NCBI GenBank assembly: GCA_039621445.1
Contig: CP154954.1
Span: 16,572,140-16,636,139 of the forward strand
Direction of reading: 5' to 3'
Length of the DNA stretch: 64,000 nucleotides
Origin: Euglena gracilis
Taxonomy: Eukaryota
Shown here: positions 26,553-40,624 of the stretch, piece after piece
How the letters are laid out: every line of letters starts with the position of its first letter
How positions within the stretch are numbered: position 1 is the stretch's first letter
Notes under the pieces: model-generated
Seen by the model: only the letters and a program-made list of their open reading frames with translations
The model's database searches: none
What the model was told of the DNA's origin: nothing
Program-made: the position numbers and the translations under genes

Positions 26553-29500
26553 TGACTGCAGGCGAGGGCTGCGAAGTGCCCGCTAGGCAGGAACCCCACG
26601 CCGGTTAATCCAAACCAGGCCACTGAGGCCCGGGTTTGGCTGCGCAGGGCAGCCTCCAGACCGTTGGGCAGGGAGGTGCTTGACCTGGGTTTGGGGGGCA
26701 GGGGGTGGTGTTGGGTGCCGGGCAATCCGGACTGGGCCAACCCGGAACCCGGAGGCAGTTGGAAATTCAGTGCCAAATACGTGCACATTTTCTGAAGCAC
26801 AATGGTGCCTCACTGAGGGGTTGCACACTGAGGCACCCCCTCAGTGTGCCTCAGGTGGCGCCCAGGAGCCTGATTCTGACCAACCCAGGGGTGGGGAGCG
26901 GAGTTCCGGGTGCTTTCCAGGGAGGCACCCCCCCAAGTTGCACCTTCTCCCCCTTGAAATTGTCACGCCAAAATATGGGTGAATGGCCAGTATATGAAGG
27001 CTTGCGCCTTAATATCGAGCCTGATAATAAATTTGGCTGTGGCAACATCCAGTTGTCCAAATTTTCAGCAGTCATTTTTCTGGCCCACGTTAATGTCCTG
27101 ACGTGTTTCAGTTCAAACCAAAACAATCGATAAAAAAATTCCCGCAGACAGAAGCCATCACTTCAGCATGGGGGAGGGTGACAAACGAGTCAGTCGCTCA
27201 GGGTTTAAAAAAAAAAACTCGGTCAGCCACCTCCCTCACGTGAAAATACCCAGTTGAGAAATACACCCCAGGGTGTATCGGCTCGCAGACAGCCTGAGGA
27301 AGCCTCAGCAAGCTGGAAAGCGTTGGGAGAGGATCTCACGCCATCCTTTCCTGCCCCTTGGTTCCATCTGCACCCAGTCTCCCCACCACGGAAACTGTCC
27401 CCAGACAAATCAGCAAACACCGATATAGGAGGCAGGCCAGCAAATACAGAGAGGGGGGTGGGGCTGGGTGAGAGGGGAAAAAGTGAAAAAGAATTCGACC
27501 GCCGGCAGACAGAAAATCCGACAACACAATTTTTCGCAAGTTTGGGATAAGCTTGAAAGCAATATTCGGAGTTTTTTTCAACTCAGGAATTTGCTTCTTC
27601 AAGAAATAAGTGAAAATTTTCAAACAATCGTTGGGAGACAAGGTGCAGGGAGAGAGGAGGACAGGTGCCCCCAATGAAGACAGGTTGGTGAATATGGAGG
27701 GAAGAGAACAGGCTCCCTGGGGGGGATTCCAACCTCAGGGTCTTTCAAAGGAACTTCATTGAATTTTGACCTCGACATGTTGGCCAGTACCTGGGGACCT
27801 GGCAGTTTCGCTGGTGGGCTGCTGACAGGTTCTCGGTCATGACAGCTTACTGAGAGGGGGGTGACGGCCAATTCTTCGACCCATTTCTGGAAACGTCTTT
27901 CCGCAACCAAGCAACAAAAATTTGGAAATTCTGCATCATGCCCTTGCTCCAACGTTACGCTTTCAACCCAGAATGGGTTGGAAAAGAAACCTCACGGACA
28001 TTTTTTTCCAGCCTCTGCAAACCGCCACTAACCAGACCACCACCGCCACCCCCATTTCCAAGTCAGGTCTGGTTGCAAGGAAGGAGAGCGCTCAAAAGGC
28101 ATGCTGGGTTGCCCACCAACCGCTGGGAGAGAAAACATATAACAGGGCCATGACAGGCATGCATGTGAATGAGTCGCGTGTCGGAGAGGGGTTGGACATT
28201 GCACAGCAGCTCTCCACTGGACCAGGCGTAAGCTACATCCCCACAGGGAAAAATTAGGGGGAAAGATGGGAAATAATTCCAAGCTTCTTTTTACCAAACT
28301 CTGGGGGAGGGGATGTCTAGCAGGCTTCTGTTTACCAACTCTGGTGAAGGGGGGGGGGTTCGTCCTGTAATAATAATAATAATAAAAAAGCGCTTACCTG
28401 TACCGGTGGGGGACGTCAGGACCACCTAGCCAATTTTATTGCAGAACTACTTAACCCAGGCGCTGTCCGAGAAGCAGTATAATGTAGACACATCAAAATA
28501 CCTGACCTTGCTTGAGTTGGGATGGCGTCAACTTCTGCCTCAACACTGGTGTGTCGGCGTCTATTTTCTGTTGTTGTGTTGTGTATTGCCTCTTCACTGA
28601 CGAATGACCCTTCCAAGATTTTTGAAGGAAGCTTGCACCTTCCCCCAGGAGGCTGGGAGCCATGGCAGGGGGTGGGCGATTTTGACGGTGTCACAATTTG
28701 GTGCAGGAGGATCAAAAGAGCTCATGCACTGTGTGTGGATGAAGAGCAAGAAAAAAAACAACTTTCTGTTTGATTCGCCTCACAATTACGGGATGCGATC
28801 AGAACAGCGACGGGTTTCTTCTTTCGCTAAAAGCCGGGTTGAACAGACTGACTAAGCCCGACCCCCCACTTATAACCCCCCCAATCCTATAACCCTCCGC
28901 AGAGGATCTGGGTAACCAGTCTCCACAGAGGCTCCGCGGCTCCAAACAACCAGCCTCCACAGCGGTTCCTCAGAGGCTCCGCGGAGGCTCAGGTAACCAA
29001 TTTGCCAGAGCATGGCAAGACACATGGAAATGAACGGGAAAATCTCAAAAAAAATGGAACGCAAAAGGACATTTGAGCCTCACCTTGCACAGAGTAGTGA
29101 TGCCATTTTTGTTCTGGGGGGGCATCCCCTCCCCCAGACGAGGCCGGTGTCAAAAAATGACGCCAAAAAAGGTGCCCACAAAAAGTGAATTGTATGCCAA
29201 AAACTTGGCATTCAATGAAGTCCAAGTGTGGGGTGACAGGGGGGGGGTGGCAAGGAAGGGGTATGTGTGGGGGTGGCAGCAGGGGGGGGTGTGAGGTGTG
29301 GGGGGTGGAGGGGGGGGGTACTGTGGGTGCACCACTTCACGCCATCTCTGACTTTGAGATTGAAAATTTTAGCAATTCGAGCCAAAAACAAAACAACAAA
29401 CCCGCCCCCCAAAAAGGCTGAGGGATGATGCCCCAGGGCCCATTACAAGCCGAAAAAGACTGCACACACACGCACACGAACATTACTCCCGTTTGATAAA

Positions 29501-31169
29501 TCTTTTCTGTGGAATTTTCGATACTGCGGGCAAAAATCACAAACTTTCGATCGAGGAGGGGAGGTGTGGGAGGTCGATGCTGCTGGTTTCTTTCAGGTTC
29601 GGTCACACAAATGAGCGACCCTGAAAAGCATTGGCGGGCTCGGGGCCCATTTTCCCTTCGAAACAGCCAACCTTTGCCATCGCTCCCCAACCATTTACCA
29701 AGCTCAAAAACGATGCCTTGGGTCGTTAACACTCGGAGAACAGGCAAAAAGGCCGAGAAATGATGCCCCAGGGCCCATTATAAGCCGACAAAAGATTGCA
29801 CACGCACTCACACCGCACATTACTCCAATTTGACAAACGTTTTCTGTGGAATTTCCCCTGAGTGCCCCCCCCCCCTGGGTCCAATCTTCAAGAAATCCCT
29901 GATTTAACAAGAAATCTGATTCTCCAAACCGCCCTTTCAGCTGTCCAGATTCTATTTGCCTGCTGCTTTATGAATCAGGGCAAAAATGATTATGCCATGG
30001 ATTAGATAGGATTAAATGTGGCATCGACCGACAATCCTGCACGTAACCCAAACACTAGCTCAAACCAAACCCCAACCTGAACCCTTAAACCAGGGCCCCA
30101 CCTGCTGGTGAGGTCCTGGCGTGGTCAATTGCCCTTTTTCTGCAGTGGAAAGCAGTACCCTTCCATTCACTTGCAAATTTTCTTCTGTTTAGCACACTTT
30201 TGCACGCTTTTTTCCCTGAAGACGTCCAAAAGACAGATACAGACACTCAGACACACATATTGACAAACAAAAAAACATTCAGGCAGAGATGGGAAAATCC
30301 GTGATATTTTTTTGCGGAAAGAAACTGGTCAAAACAGCATTCATTCATTCATTCATTCATTCATTCATTCATTCATTTCATAAAAACTGCAAAAAAAATC
30401 AGCCAATTGAGATTTTGCAACTACAAAAAATCTTCAGAGTCCCCTCACAGAGCTGGGGAGCTTCATAGATCAGGGCTATAATGGGGAGTTAAAGATAAGA
30501 CTCCATGGCAGCAACCATCCTGTAGCAGCGGTTGCCGACTTCTGCTGGCAATCAGGGATGGGACAATCCAAAAGCAAGAGCAGACCCTGAAGCAAACGAG
30601 GAGAGTGGGGCAACCTGTGAATGTCCAATGCTCTCAGAAGGGACGGAAGAAAAAGAAAAAAAAAAAAAAAAAAAGGGGTATAAAGGAACCAGAGGAGAAA
30701 TTGCTCTCATGGAGCTCCTTCAGTAACTCCCAATTTGTTTCTTGTATATCCTTGTATAAAATCCTTGTGTACAGATGAAAATTCTTAACATATTCAATAA
30801 ATCTACAGTGTGCCCGGCAAATATCAATTTTCGGGAAATTGTCACCTGTTAAATCAGTGAGTACGGAGGGAGGTGACAGGTCCCTATAAAGATAGGTCAG
30901 CGGTGCAGTGCTAGAAGCCACATTCTCCCAGGGAGTCCGGGTAGCCAACACAAAAATCCGAAAGTGTGGTTTTTCCACACATTTGCAATCAGCAGCCACA
31001 GATATTCAAGCAATTTTTTTCGACTCGGGAAGTGTGATTTTTCGACAAGAATGTGAAAAATCTCAAAAAAATATAGGTTACAGGTCTGCTGAGCTCTTAA
31101 TAAGCGCTCACCCACCCCTTCATTGACACCCCCATATAAACCGGCCCACTCCGTGGAGCTCTGTTGACT

Positions 31170-34100
31170 GAAATGCAAAGGCTTTGTGCCCGAAACAGGG
31201 CGCCGGGGGGTGGAAACCCACTAATTTTTGGCTCAAAATTCACCTTTTCCGGGTCTGGGGAGCCAAAAAAGCAGCGCTTTGAGCGAAAAAAAACTTCGTT
31301 TTTTTTCGTGTTTTTTTACCCGAAAATGACCAACAGTGGGTTGACGGCCCAAGACGGGGCGCTGGCGGGTCGAAAAAACGCTCATTTTTCGGCCCAAAAA
31401 CAGTTTTTCTGGGTCCAGGAGGCCAAAAAACATCGCTTCGAACAAAAAAATTTTTCGATTTTTTTCGACTTTTTTGACCCGAAAATGACCAAAAATCAAT
31501 GGGTTGGCGGCCCAAAACGGGGTGCTGGTGGGTCGAAAAACGCTCATTTTCGGCCCAAAAACAGTTTTTCTGGGTCCGGGAGGCCAAAAAAACAGCGTTT
31601 CGGGCCAAAATTATCACGGTTTTCACGGTCTACCCAGGGGGGGGGGGGCGGGGGGGTTGGACCCCCTTTTCCCTGGTGCTAAGCTTCGCTCTTACTCTAA
31701 AGAGATAAGAGCTCAGCGACCAGGGTGTGACGTAGAGCTGAACACTTTGGAAGACTACCCCGGCGTCCCAGCCCGGCCCGGCCCGGCTGCGGCCCGGTGG
31801 CCTGTCGCGGCCCCGCCCAACCTGGCCAACGCCTTGACGGCCCAGCCTGGGCTGGGGACGGGGGTTGTTTTTGAGCTCGTTTTCGGCTCAAAAACACCTT
31901 TTCCGGGTCCGGGAGGTCAAAAAACATGGTTTTGGACAAAAAATATTTTTTCGAATTTTTACGACTTTTTGACCCAAAATGGCCAAGTCCACCGGCCGGG
32001 GGGTCCGCTCGGAAAAATTTTTTTCGCTCAAAAAAAATTTTTTTGGTGTTCTAAAGTGGAAAAAAAATGTTTTTTGAGCAAAAAAAAAATTCAAAATTCT
32101 GGATCCCGACCTGCCTCCCGACGCCCAGCCGCCCTCACAGCGCCCGCAGGGGTCCCTGAATACCCTCACTGGCCCAAAATCACACATCCAGGCCTCGGGA
32201 ACCCCAAAAAACGGTCAACCCCCCCCCCCCTAAACCTCATGATTGACCCCCTGGTTTGGGTCCCAATTCCTTGTCTAGCCCAAGATGGCCAATTTATGGT
32301 TTCGGGCCCCAAAGAGGCCCGAAATGGCCAAAACTGACAAAACCATAAAACAGCCGTATCTCGGGCTAGGCGAGGAGTTGGCCCAAACTGCAAATACCGG
32401 TGGATAGGGCGTCCCAAAGTTGTGGAATGACGTCCTCTTTACTTTTTCTCAACTCCGCAGCGTTTTTGAAGTATTTTGAATTTTTCGATTTTTTGACCCC
32501 AAAATGACCCTGAAGTTTTCCCGGAAAAAAAACGGTAGACAACTTTTTTGCTCGGGGCATATCTCCGGACTGGTGTGGAGTTGCGGGTAACCCAAGGGCT
32601 CTGGAGAAACTAGGGATCGTCCCCTAACCTATTGGCTATTCACTTTGGGGGCCAGGAAATCCAATCACATCGATAATCCTCGGGGGCCCTTGCCTACCCA
32701 GGGAGGGGGGGGGGCGGGGGGGCGGGGGCGGACCCCCCCTCCGGCCCCGGTGGTAAGCTTCGCTCTTACTCTAAAGAGATAAGAACTCAGCGACCAGGGT
32801 GTGACGTAGAGCTGAGCTCTTTGGATAACCACCCCAGCCCGGCGTCGGGGGCCCGGCACGGCCCGGCGGCACGGCCCGGCGGCCCGGCTCGGCCGGCGGC
32901 CCAGCCTGGGCCGGGGCCGGGATGTTGAAAAACACTCATTTTCGGCTCAAAAACACTTTTTCCAGGTCCAGGAGGCCAAAAAACATCGCTTTGGGCAAAA
33001 AGATTTTTTTCGACTTTTTTGACCTGAAAATGGCCCAAAGTCCATTGGTTTCGGGCCTAAAATGGGGGGCCGGGGACACAAAAACGCTCATTTTCGGCCC
33101 AAAAATACTTTTTTCGGGTCCGGGGGGGTCAAAAAACATGGGCAAAAAAAAAACTTCGAATTTTTTCAACTTTTTGACCCAAAAATGGCTAAGTCCACTG
33201 GGCAGGGGCGGGCCCCAGCCAGGAGGGGCATGGGGGGGGGGGTCCAGGTCGGAAAATTTTTTTTGCTCAAAAAACACTTTTTTTGATGTTCTAAAGTGAA
33301 AAAAAGTGTTTTTGAGCAAAAAAAATTTTTCAAAATTTGGGTCCCGGCCTGCCTCCCGACCCCCCAAGACCATCCACCCTGGGACCCCCCGCAGGGCCCC
33401 GACTAAGAGGCTGGAAAACTATGGCTGGCTGACGGCCCATAGCTGGAACTGATCCTTGACAACTGCTCTCCGACACATTTTCGCCCATTGTTGTACCCCT
33501 AAAAGCGTGAAATCCGTTAACATTCAGCCGCCGGGCTGCAAACTCTGAATATTTTTCAGTGTAAGAAGAACAATGGTTTGCAAAACCACAAAATGCACGA
33601 AGACCAGTAATTGTTTTGGGGTAGCTCCCATTTTTCCACAGCCAACATTTTGCCGAAGGAAGGTTTCCTTCGGCCGTCTTTCAAAATGTGGCCCAAAAAC
33701 TCAACCTCCTTCTGGAAAAATTTGAACTTCGAAAATCTGGCTCCCCATTTCTTTTCACGGAGCAAATCCAAAATGGTGCGAATTTCAAAATCATGCCTTC
33801 TGTTCCACCGCACACGAATTTTCTTGGGGGGTGCCAATGAGAATATCATCGATATAGCCATCGGCGATTTCTCGTGCGGGGGCAAGTGCCGATTCCAAAT
33901 TCCTTTGACAATATTGCACACCGTTTTTCCAACCCATTACAACCACATTGTCCCCGAATACCCAAAAAGGGCCCAAAATCGCACAACCAGACCCCGCGAA
34001 CCTCAAAAAACGGTTAACCCCCCCCCCTAAACCTCAGGGTTGACCCCCTGGTTTGGGTCCCAACTCCTCGTCTAGCCCGAGATACGGCCAATTTACGGTT

Positions 34101-35495
34101 TAAGACCCCCCGAAACGGCCAAAACTTGCAAAAATAGACCAAAAACACCAAAACGGCCGTATCTCGGGCTGGGCGAGGAGTTGGCCCAAAACGGGCATAC
34201 CAATCGATCGGGCGTCCCAAAGTTGTGGAATGACGTCCTCTTTACTTTTCCTCAACTCCCCAGCGTTTTTGAGATATTTTGAATTTTTCGATTTTTTGAC
34301 CCCAAAATGACCCTGCAATTTCCCCGGAAAAAAAAGACGGTAGACAACTTTTTTGCTCGGGCAATCTCCGGACTGGCGTGGAGTTGGGGTAACCTAAGGG
34401 CTCTGGAGAAACTAGGGATCGTCCCCTAACCTATTGGCTATTCACTTTGGGGGCCAGGAAATCCAATCACATCGATAATCCTCGGGGGTCCTTGCCTACC
34501 CTGGGAGGAGGGGGGGGGCGGGGAGGGGGGTCGGACCCCCCCCCCTCCGGCCCCGGTGGTAAGCTTCGCTCTTACTCTACAGAGATAAGAGCTCAGCGGC
34601 CAGGGTGTGACGTAGAGCTGAGCTCTTTGGGAGACCACCCTGGCCCGGCCCGGCCCGGCCCGGCCCAGCCCGGCTGGCGGCTCGGCGGCCCAACCCAGGC
34701 CGGGGACGGGGTTGAAAAACACTCATTTTCGGGTCAAAAACACCCTTTCCTGGGTCTGGGAGGCAAAAACACGTGGTTTTGGGTAAAAAAAAATTTTCGA
34801 TTTTTTTTTGACTTTTTTGACCGGAAAATGACCCAAAGTCCAAAGGATTCGGGCCAAAAACGGGGTGCTGGCGGGTCGAGTGGCGCTCATTTTCGGCTCA
34901 AAAACACCTTTTCTGGGTCCGGGAGGCCAAAAAACATCATTTCGGGCAAAATTTTTTTTTGATTTTTTCGACCTTTTTGACCCGGTTTTGACCCAAAGTC
35001 CTTAAGATTTGGGCCCAAACCGGGGCTGGCGGGTCAAAAAACGCTCATTTTTTGGCTCAAAAACAGTTTTTCCGGGTCCGGGAGGCAAAAAAAACATGGT
35101 TTTGGGCGAAAAATTTTTTTCGATTTTTTTCGACTTTTTTTGGCCGAAAACGGCTAAGTGGGGATTGCAGGTCATTTTGGGGTCAAAAAATCGAAAAATT
35201 CAAAATGTCTCGAAAACGCTGCGGAGTTGAAAAAAAGTAAAGAGGACCGCCTTCCACAACGCCCGATCGATCGGTATGCGCGGTTTGGGCCAACTCCTCG
35301 CCTAGCCCGAGATACGGTCGTTTTGTGCTTTTGGGCCAGTTTTGCCAGTTTTGGCCATTTCGGGCCTGTTCGAGGCCCGAAACCGTAAATTGGTCGTATC
35401 TCGGGCTAGACGAGGAGTTGGGACCCAAACCAGGGGGTCAATCATGAGGTTTGGGGGGGGTTGACCGTTTTTTGAGGTTCCCGGGGTCTGGTACT
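31170..35495. repeat. Complex nested/tandem repeat block with kb-scale units and ~330-bp inverted arms (33985-34320 vs 35160-35492)
   Basis: 32170-32830 recurs at 33970-34630; 35160-35492 is the reverse complement of the first part of that unit. Confidence 0.8.
33520..33900 (-). pseudogene. Ty3/gypsy-type LTR retrotransposon RT fragment
   Basis: ADGYIDDILIGT, HDFEIRTILDLLREKK…KFKFFQKEVEFLGHILKDG…AVEKWELP, TGLRAFCGFAN across frameshifts. Confidence 0.85.
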
Positions 35496-35574
35496 GGGGG
35501 GCTGGCTGTGCGATGACCGGCCAGTTTTGAGAGGGATCGGGTGAGAGAGAGCTTAAGAAATTCCTTGCGTTGTG

Positions 35575-35665
35575 AGATATATAAGAGAGAGAGAGAGAGA
35601 GATATAGAGAGATATATATATATATATAGAGAGAGAGAGATATATAGATATATATATATAGATAG

Positions 35666-35724
<59 letters not shown>

Positions 35725-35870
35725 TATATATATGTATATATAGATATATATATATATATCTATATATATAAAAATAAATATATATATATATATATATATA
35801 TAAGTATATATATATTTATATATATATTTATATATATATATATATATATATTTATATGTATATATGTATG

Positions 35871-35925
<55 letters not shown>
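35575..35925. repeat. Compound (GA)/(TA)/(GT) microsatellite
   Basis: Direct reading. Confidence 0.95.
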
Positions 35926-35926
<1 letters not shown>

Positions 35927-38900
35927 ATGTTCCATAATGAATCATGCTATGTGTACGTCTGGGGGGTCGTGCTGAGTGAACACCCTGCTGAAGGCGGGGT
36001 TCTCATCTACTTTTTACCTATTTTCTGAAAAAGTTTGACCCCCAATATTGACCTAAAAGTGGGTCTGCCAGACCCCCTCCACCGGGGTGGGGTGGGATGG
36101 GTGAGGGGAGACCCCCTGCCACCGGTCTTTAAGAAATCCCCGATAGAAAAAAAAATGAGAGTCCCCTGGAATACACAGAGTCCCCTGGAATACGTGAAGG
36201 GAGGCGTTACTATTTCGTGAGGGACGCATTCTGCTGTGCGGTTGTGGGGCAATAAGTTTTGTTTCCGTCTGCCGTTTCGCACCATGATCTCATCCGTCAC
36301 TTCTCCCACGTTCTGTGGCAAAATTGGTTACCCAAGCCTCCTTGGAGACTGCGCGGAGCCTGGTAACCTGAGCCTCTGCAGAGGCCATTCAAAAAAAAAT
36401 CAACTTCAGAATCCCCAGACAATCTGTTGAAATGCAACAGATTTTTTGTGTAAATACCAGGAGAAAAAAGCTCCGAGGTATATGCAAAGCTCCGAGCAGA
36501 TATGCAAAATAAGAAAAGTATGGAAAATATGTAACTTTCATTGGCGGAATGGTAAATTATTAAAAAAAATGCAAATTCCTTCCCTTTAATACTTTTTTGA
36601 TTTATGCCAGAATATTGCAAGTTGTGCAACCTCTGTTTGTAATAAAGCTGGTTTGAAAACGTGCTTAAAAATGCGGGGATTGCAAATTCTTTTAGGACCT
36701 GGGGGGGTCAGCACTTGGGGCGGGCCACAATTGCAGGGAGGGGATAACCGCAACATGGACCCTCAAAAAACGCGATGCAAATAAATGAAAAATAAACGTG
36801 AAAAAAAGGCAAAAAAAAAAAGATAATTGCATGCAAAATCCTTTGCAGAGCTCCAGGGCTACGGCTCTCCCCCTCCGAAATGCAATTTCTGCCTGAGGGG
36901 CTTAAATTTCAGCTCCGTCAGGGCAACTTTTTCATTTCGCATAAAGATATGCAATTTGTTGGCAAAAAATTGCAAAATTGGGAAAATTGGGGGCAAAATG
37001 AGGAATTTTTCATTGTCCAAAAAAATTCCAGCATAAACGAAAAAAAAGCAAAAAAAACACAAATTTTGCCAAACTCAAACAAAAAAAATGCAAAAAAAAA
37101 ACGCGTTCCCCCCCTGCACATTTGAAAACGAGGATTGGGTGGCCAATGTTGGGGTGCCTAACTTACATTCACTATTCTCGGGGGGTCATATCCAAAAATA
37201 GGGTCAAATTCAAATGGCCCCGGGCAAGATTGCACTTTGAGGTCAGAGACGTATGGGGACGTCAAGTTTGCAAATGCAAATAACCACCTGTTTTTTTTTG
37301 CGACAACCTTAGATGCAGAAAATGAAGACCTTTTCTGTATTTAAATCCCAGTCCCAAATGCTTTCAACCGAATTCTTATTCACGATTAAAACTTGAACGT
37401 CTTATAACTGGTTGTGAATGCCAAAATTTGGCAAACTCGACAGAAAAACTTCTGGGAAATTGTGAGATACACCAAAATATTTGGAACGTGAGTACGGGTG
37501 AGGGAGTCATGTCGTGCGTTCTTTAAAGACCGGGGAGGGGAGTCCCCTGAAGCATCCACTCTCCCCCCTGGGGTTCAACATTCGAAAATACCTGGATCCC
37601 GCTCAAAAAAAATACAGGGTGGACATGGGGGGGGGGGGTTAACCCAAACCCGAACCAACACCCAAGCATTAATACCAATCTCCAACAACAACCCATAATA
37701 AGCAATAAATGTGCAAAATTGTGAATGTTTCAATCAGTTTTTTGGGAGGCAATCCGCCTGGAGGTGTACGTGGTCTCACCACATTCCGCACAAAGGGCCA
37801 CTCACTTTGAAGCTCAGTAAGCCTGCCTCACCACACTGTCTGCCCAACGTCGAAGACGCCTGGCCAATGTCACTGCTTTGGTGCTGTCATCGTCGGTCAA
37901 ACATAAAGGCAGCACCTTGCAGGCCACAGGCAGCTGTAGCAGACACCAGGGGGGGGGGTGGGAGAGGTTTGGTTTTGGGGTGCCGCCGAGGGCGAGGGGA
38001 AGATAATGTGGGGCCAGCCACGCCAACAAACCGTCGTCCCAGTTGCCCAGGCCAGGTGACTGGCATGGATTAGCCACCTACCCCTTGGGAGGATGGGGTT
38101 TGGACTGACCCCCTGTAAACTTTCTGGGCCAATCTTTTTTGGCACCTTGGCAGTATCCAAAAAACATCCATGGATCTATTCAATGCGCTTTGGAAAAGTA
38201 ATTTGGTGTCAAATGGCTTCTATTTCAGAGGACAACAAAAAATTACAGCATTTCGGGTTATTGGTGTCCATCAGACTTTTTGGAGGAAACATTTTGTCAA
38301 AAAAAAAGAAACTGACGTGAAAAGCCAGTAGGGAGAATCTGTCCTGTTTGGTGGGATCTCTGGGTATCCTGTGGGGTTTGATGCAGGTGATGGTGTCTGA
38401 GAAAGTTTGGGTCACTGGAACCCCCCCCCAAGACTGAGGTGCACTCAGGGTCAATACAGTCGGGCCGGAAAGAGATTTTTGACAATTCATTTGGGGGGGG
38501 GGCGTCAATGTCCCCGAGGAGTTGCGGAGGTCCCCAGAAACAACCTCACATTGATTTTTCCACGGACACTATCAGCATCTGCCTGGTGGCGTGGACGACC
38601 GATCCACCTTCTCCTTTCCTCCAAAAAAAAAAACTGACCTGCTGATTTTGCACAATTCTGATGAGCAACTTTGCGACGGACACAAACCCAAGGTATCGCA
38701 AGGCCCTACTACTACCGATACTAAATGCCTGACCTTGCTGCGGTGTCCTGACTACGGTGTCGACACAGTGGTGCCCTGATTTACATTGGTGTGAAATAAC
38801 AAGTGTGGCCCACACTGTCCATCGGATGGGGAGAGGCCAAAGGCAAATAATCGCAGAAGGGAGCCAACATTGCTGCCCAGAATCCCGGAAAGGGAAATTT

Positions 38901-40061
38901 CCCCTGCGGATTCGAGGAGTGGCTGGGGTTCTCAGCAAGACCGGCTGTCCTGGCACGGTGGACAGGCCACGCGTGGCACAGGGCGGGGCGCTAATGGGTC
39001 AAAAAAAAAAAGCCAATACTGGTGGGGGAGAGGCAAGAGAGACAGAACCACATGGGTTGGCACAGTGGCAGCACAGGGTTGGCTTGTCTCATATTCATAT
39101 GCAAAATTTGCAATTTGCCACCCTGGTGCCTGTGCATTGCCTTTCAGGGTTTCTCCTGTTTCCGTGCTGGCCGAGGCCAAAATGTATCCGTGATTTTCCG
39201 TGATTTTCCGTCTATTTCCTTTTTTATTTTTTTTAAAAAGTCAAAAACCATATTCCATATCAAATCATATCCCTCTGCCTCATCCGTGAATATCCGTGAA
39301 TTTTTGCGATTTCTGTAAAAATGGCCTCCCGCCTTTTTCCGTGATCCTCCATGAATTTCAATTAATTTCCTTTTCAGGAAGTGGAAGGATCCCTATGCTT
39401 TTACGCCGTTGAAAAACGATTCTCTTCGTTTCACATCATCACCAAGAAGGAAAAATTACTTTTCCAATTACAAATAAATCACATCACCAGAAAACTTAAA
39501 AAAGCATGGGGGTAGGTCGGTGCGAAAAAGAATTAGCTCTCTCCAAAAAAACTGGTGACTTAATTCTGAGGACATTCGGAGGAATCGTTTCTGATTGAAG
39601 CGAGCAATGCTTCTGCTTGAGCAGTGTTCAGTGGTGGTCCTGCCCCCCGGCATGCCAACTGTAGGTTGCATGCTGGTCCGCATGGAGGCAAAAAAAGAAC
39701 AGCGCACGAACGTAGAAATTGAACATCACAAGTATTAGCAAAACCTTTTTCAAAATTGCTGAAGAGTTGGGGAAAGACTTCAGAACGGGTGGCTGATGTT
39801 TCTTTGGGTGAACATCTGGAAAAGAATTTTGATTTTCGCCGAAATAATGGTGACACCACTTTTCAGAATACATTGTTCAGAGTTTCATCAGAGAATGCAT
39901 CGTCCATTCATTACAATACATCGTCCAGAATCAAATATTTCATATCTGAAGAATTAAAGCAGACAACAAAACGTCATTCCTTTCCCCGTCCAGCCTCACC
40001 CCTGTGAATGGAACCCGAAAGAGCAAATCCAGGAAAACCAAGCGCTGTCTCCAATCCAGAC

Positions 40062-40371
40062 CAGGGCGGTCCTTAAGCAAATAAAAAAAAAACTCCGCTG
40101 TCCCAGCACACTCAATAAAAATATACAGGAAAATGGGCAAAGAAATTTGGCATTATTCGGTGAGAACAGGTCGACACCAGGGAAAAAAACTGGTTCTTGG
40201 CATCCTTGGACCATCGCCCATCCACCCAAATCATCAAAGAATGTGTTTTTTGGACTTTTTAATTTTGGACCCCGTTCAAGTCCCAGTCCGGCCCTTGGTC
40301 GGCCCTTTGGCCGAAAGGGGGGCGGTCCTTAAGGGAAAAAAAAACTTTTCTGTCCCTTAAAGACCGCCCTG
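40062..40371. mobile_element. hAT-type MITE present only in copy B, 8-bp TSD (a/g)tccagac
   Basis: TIR cagggcggtccttaag / cttaaagaccgccctg; single gtccagac at empty site 25408-25415. Confidence 0.9.
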
Positions 40372-40624
40372 GTCCAGACAAGGGGACAGTTGGTGCAGCA
40401 AAAGTATTGAAACCACCGCGGGTGCGGTGCCATTCACACAAGGGGGGGGGGATTTCGGGCCAGGAAACAGCATTTTGCAATCCGGCGAAGCAACCCTGCC
40501 GTCTTCTCTCTCTGCTTGTGGTGTGAGTTGACCAATTCAAAATTGGCCAAAAGGGGCCAAACGGTGCGACTGTGTGTGTGGTGACTGCAGGCGAGAGGGC
40601 TGCGAAGTGCCCGCTAGGCAGGAA

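Noticed and set aside
38655-38690. CTGATGA-gcaactttgc hammerhead-like motif (also ctgacga at ~608 and ctgatga at ~25154)
   Set aside because: No correctly placed GAAA with stems I and III and an NUH triplet.
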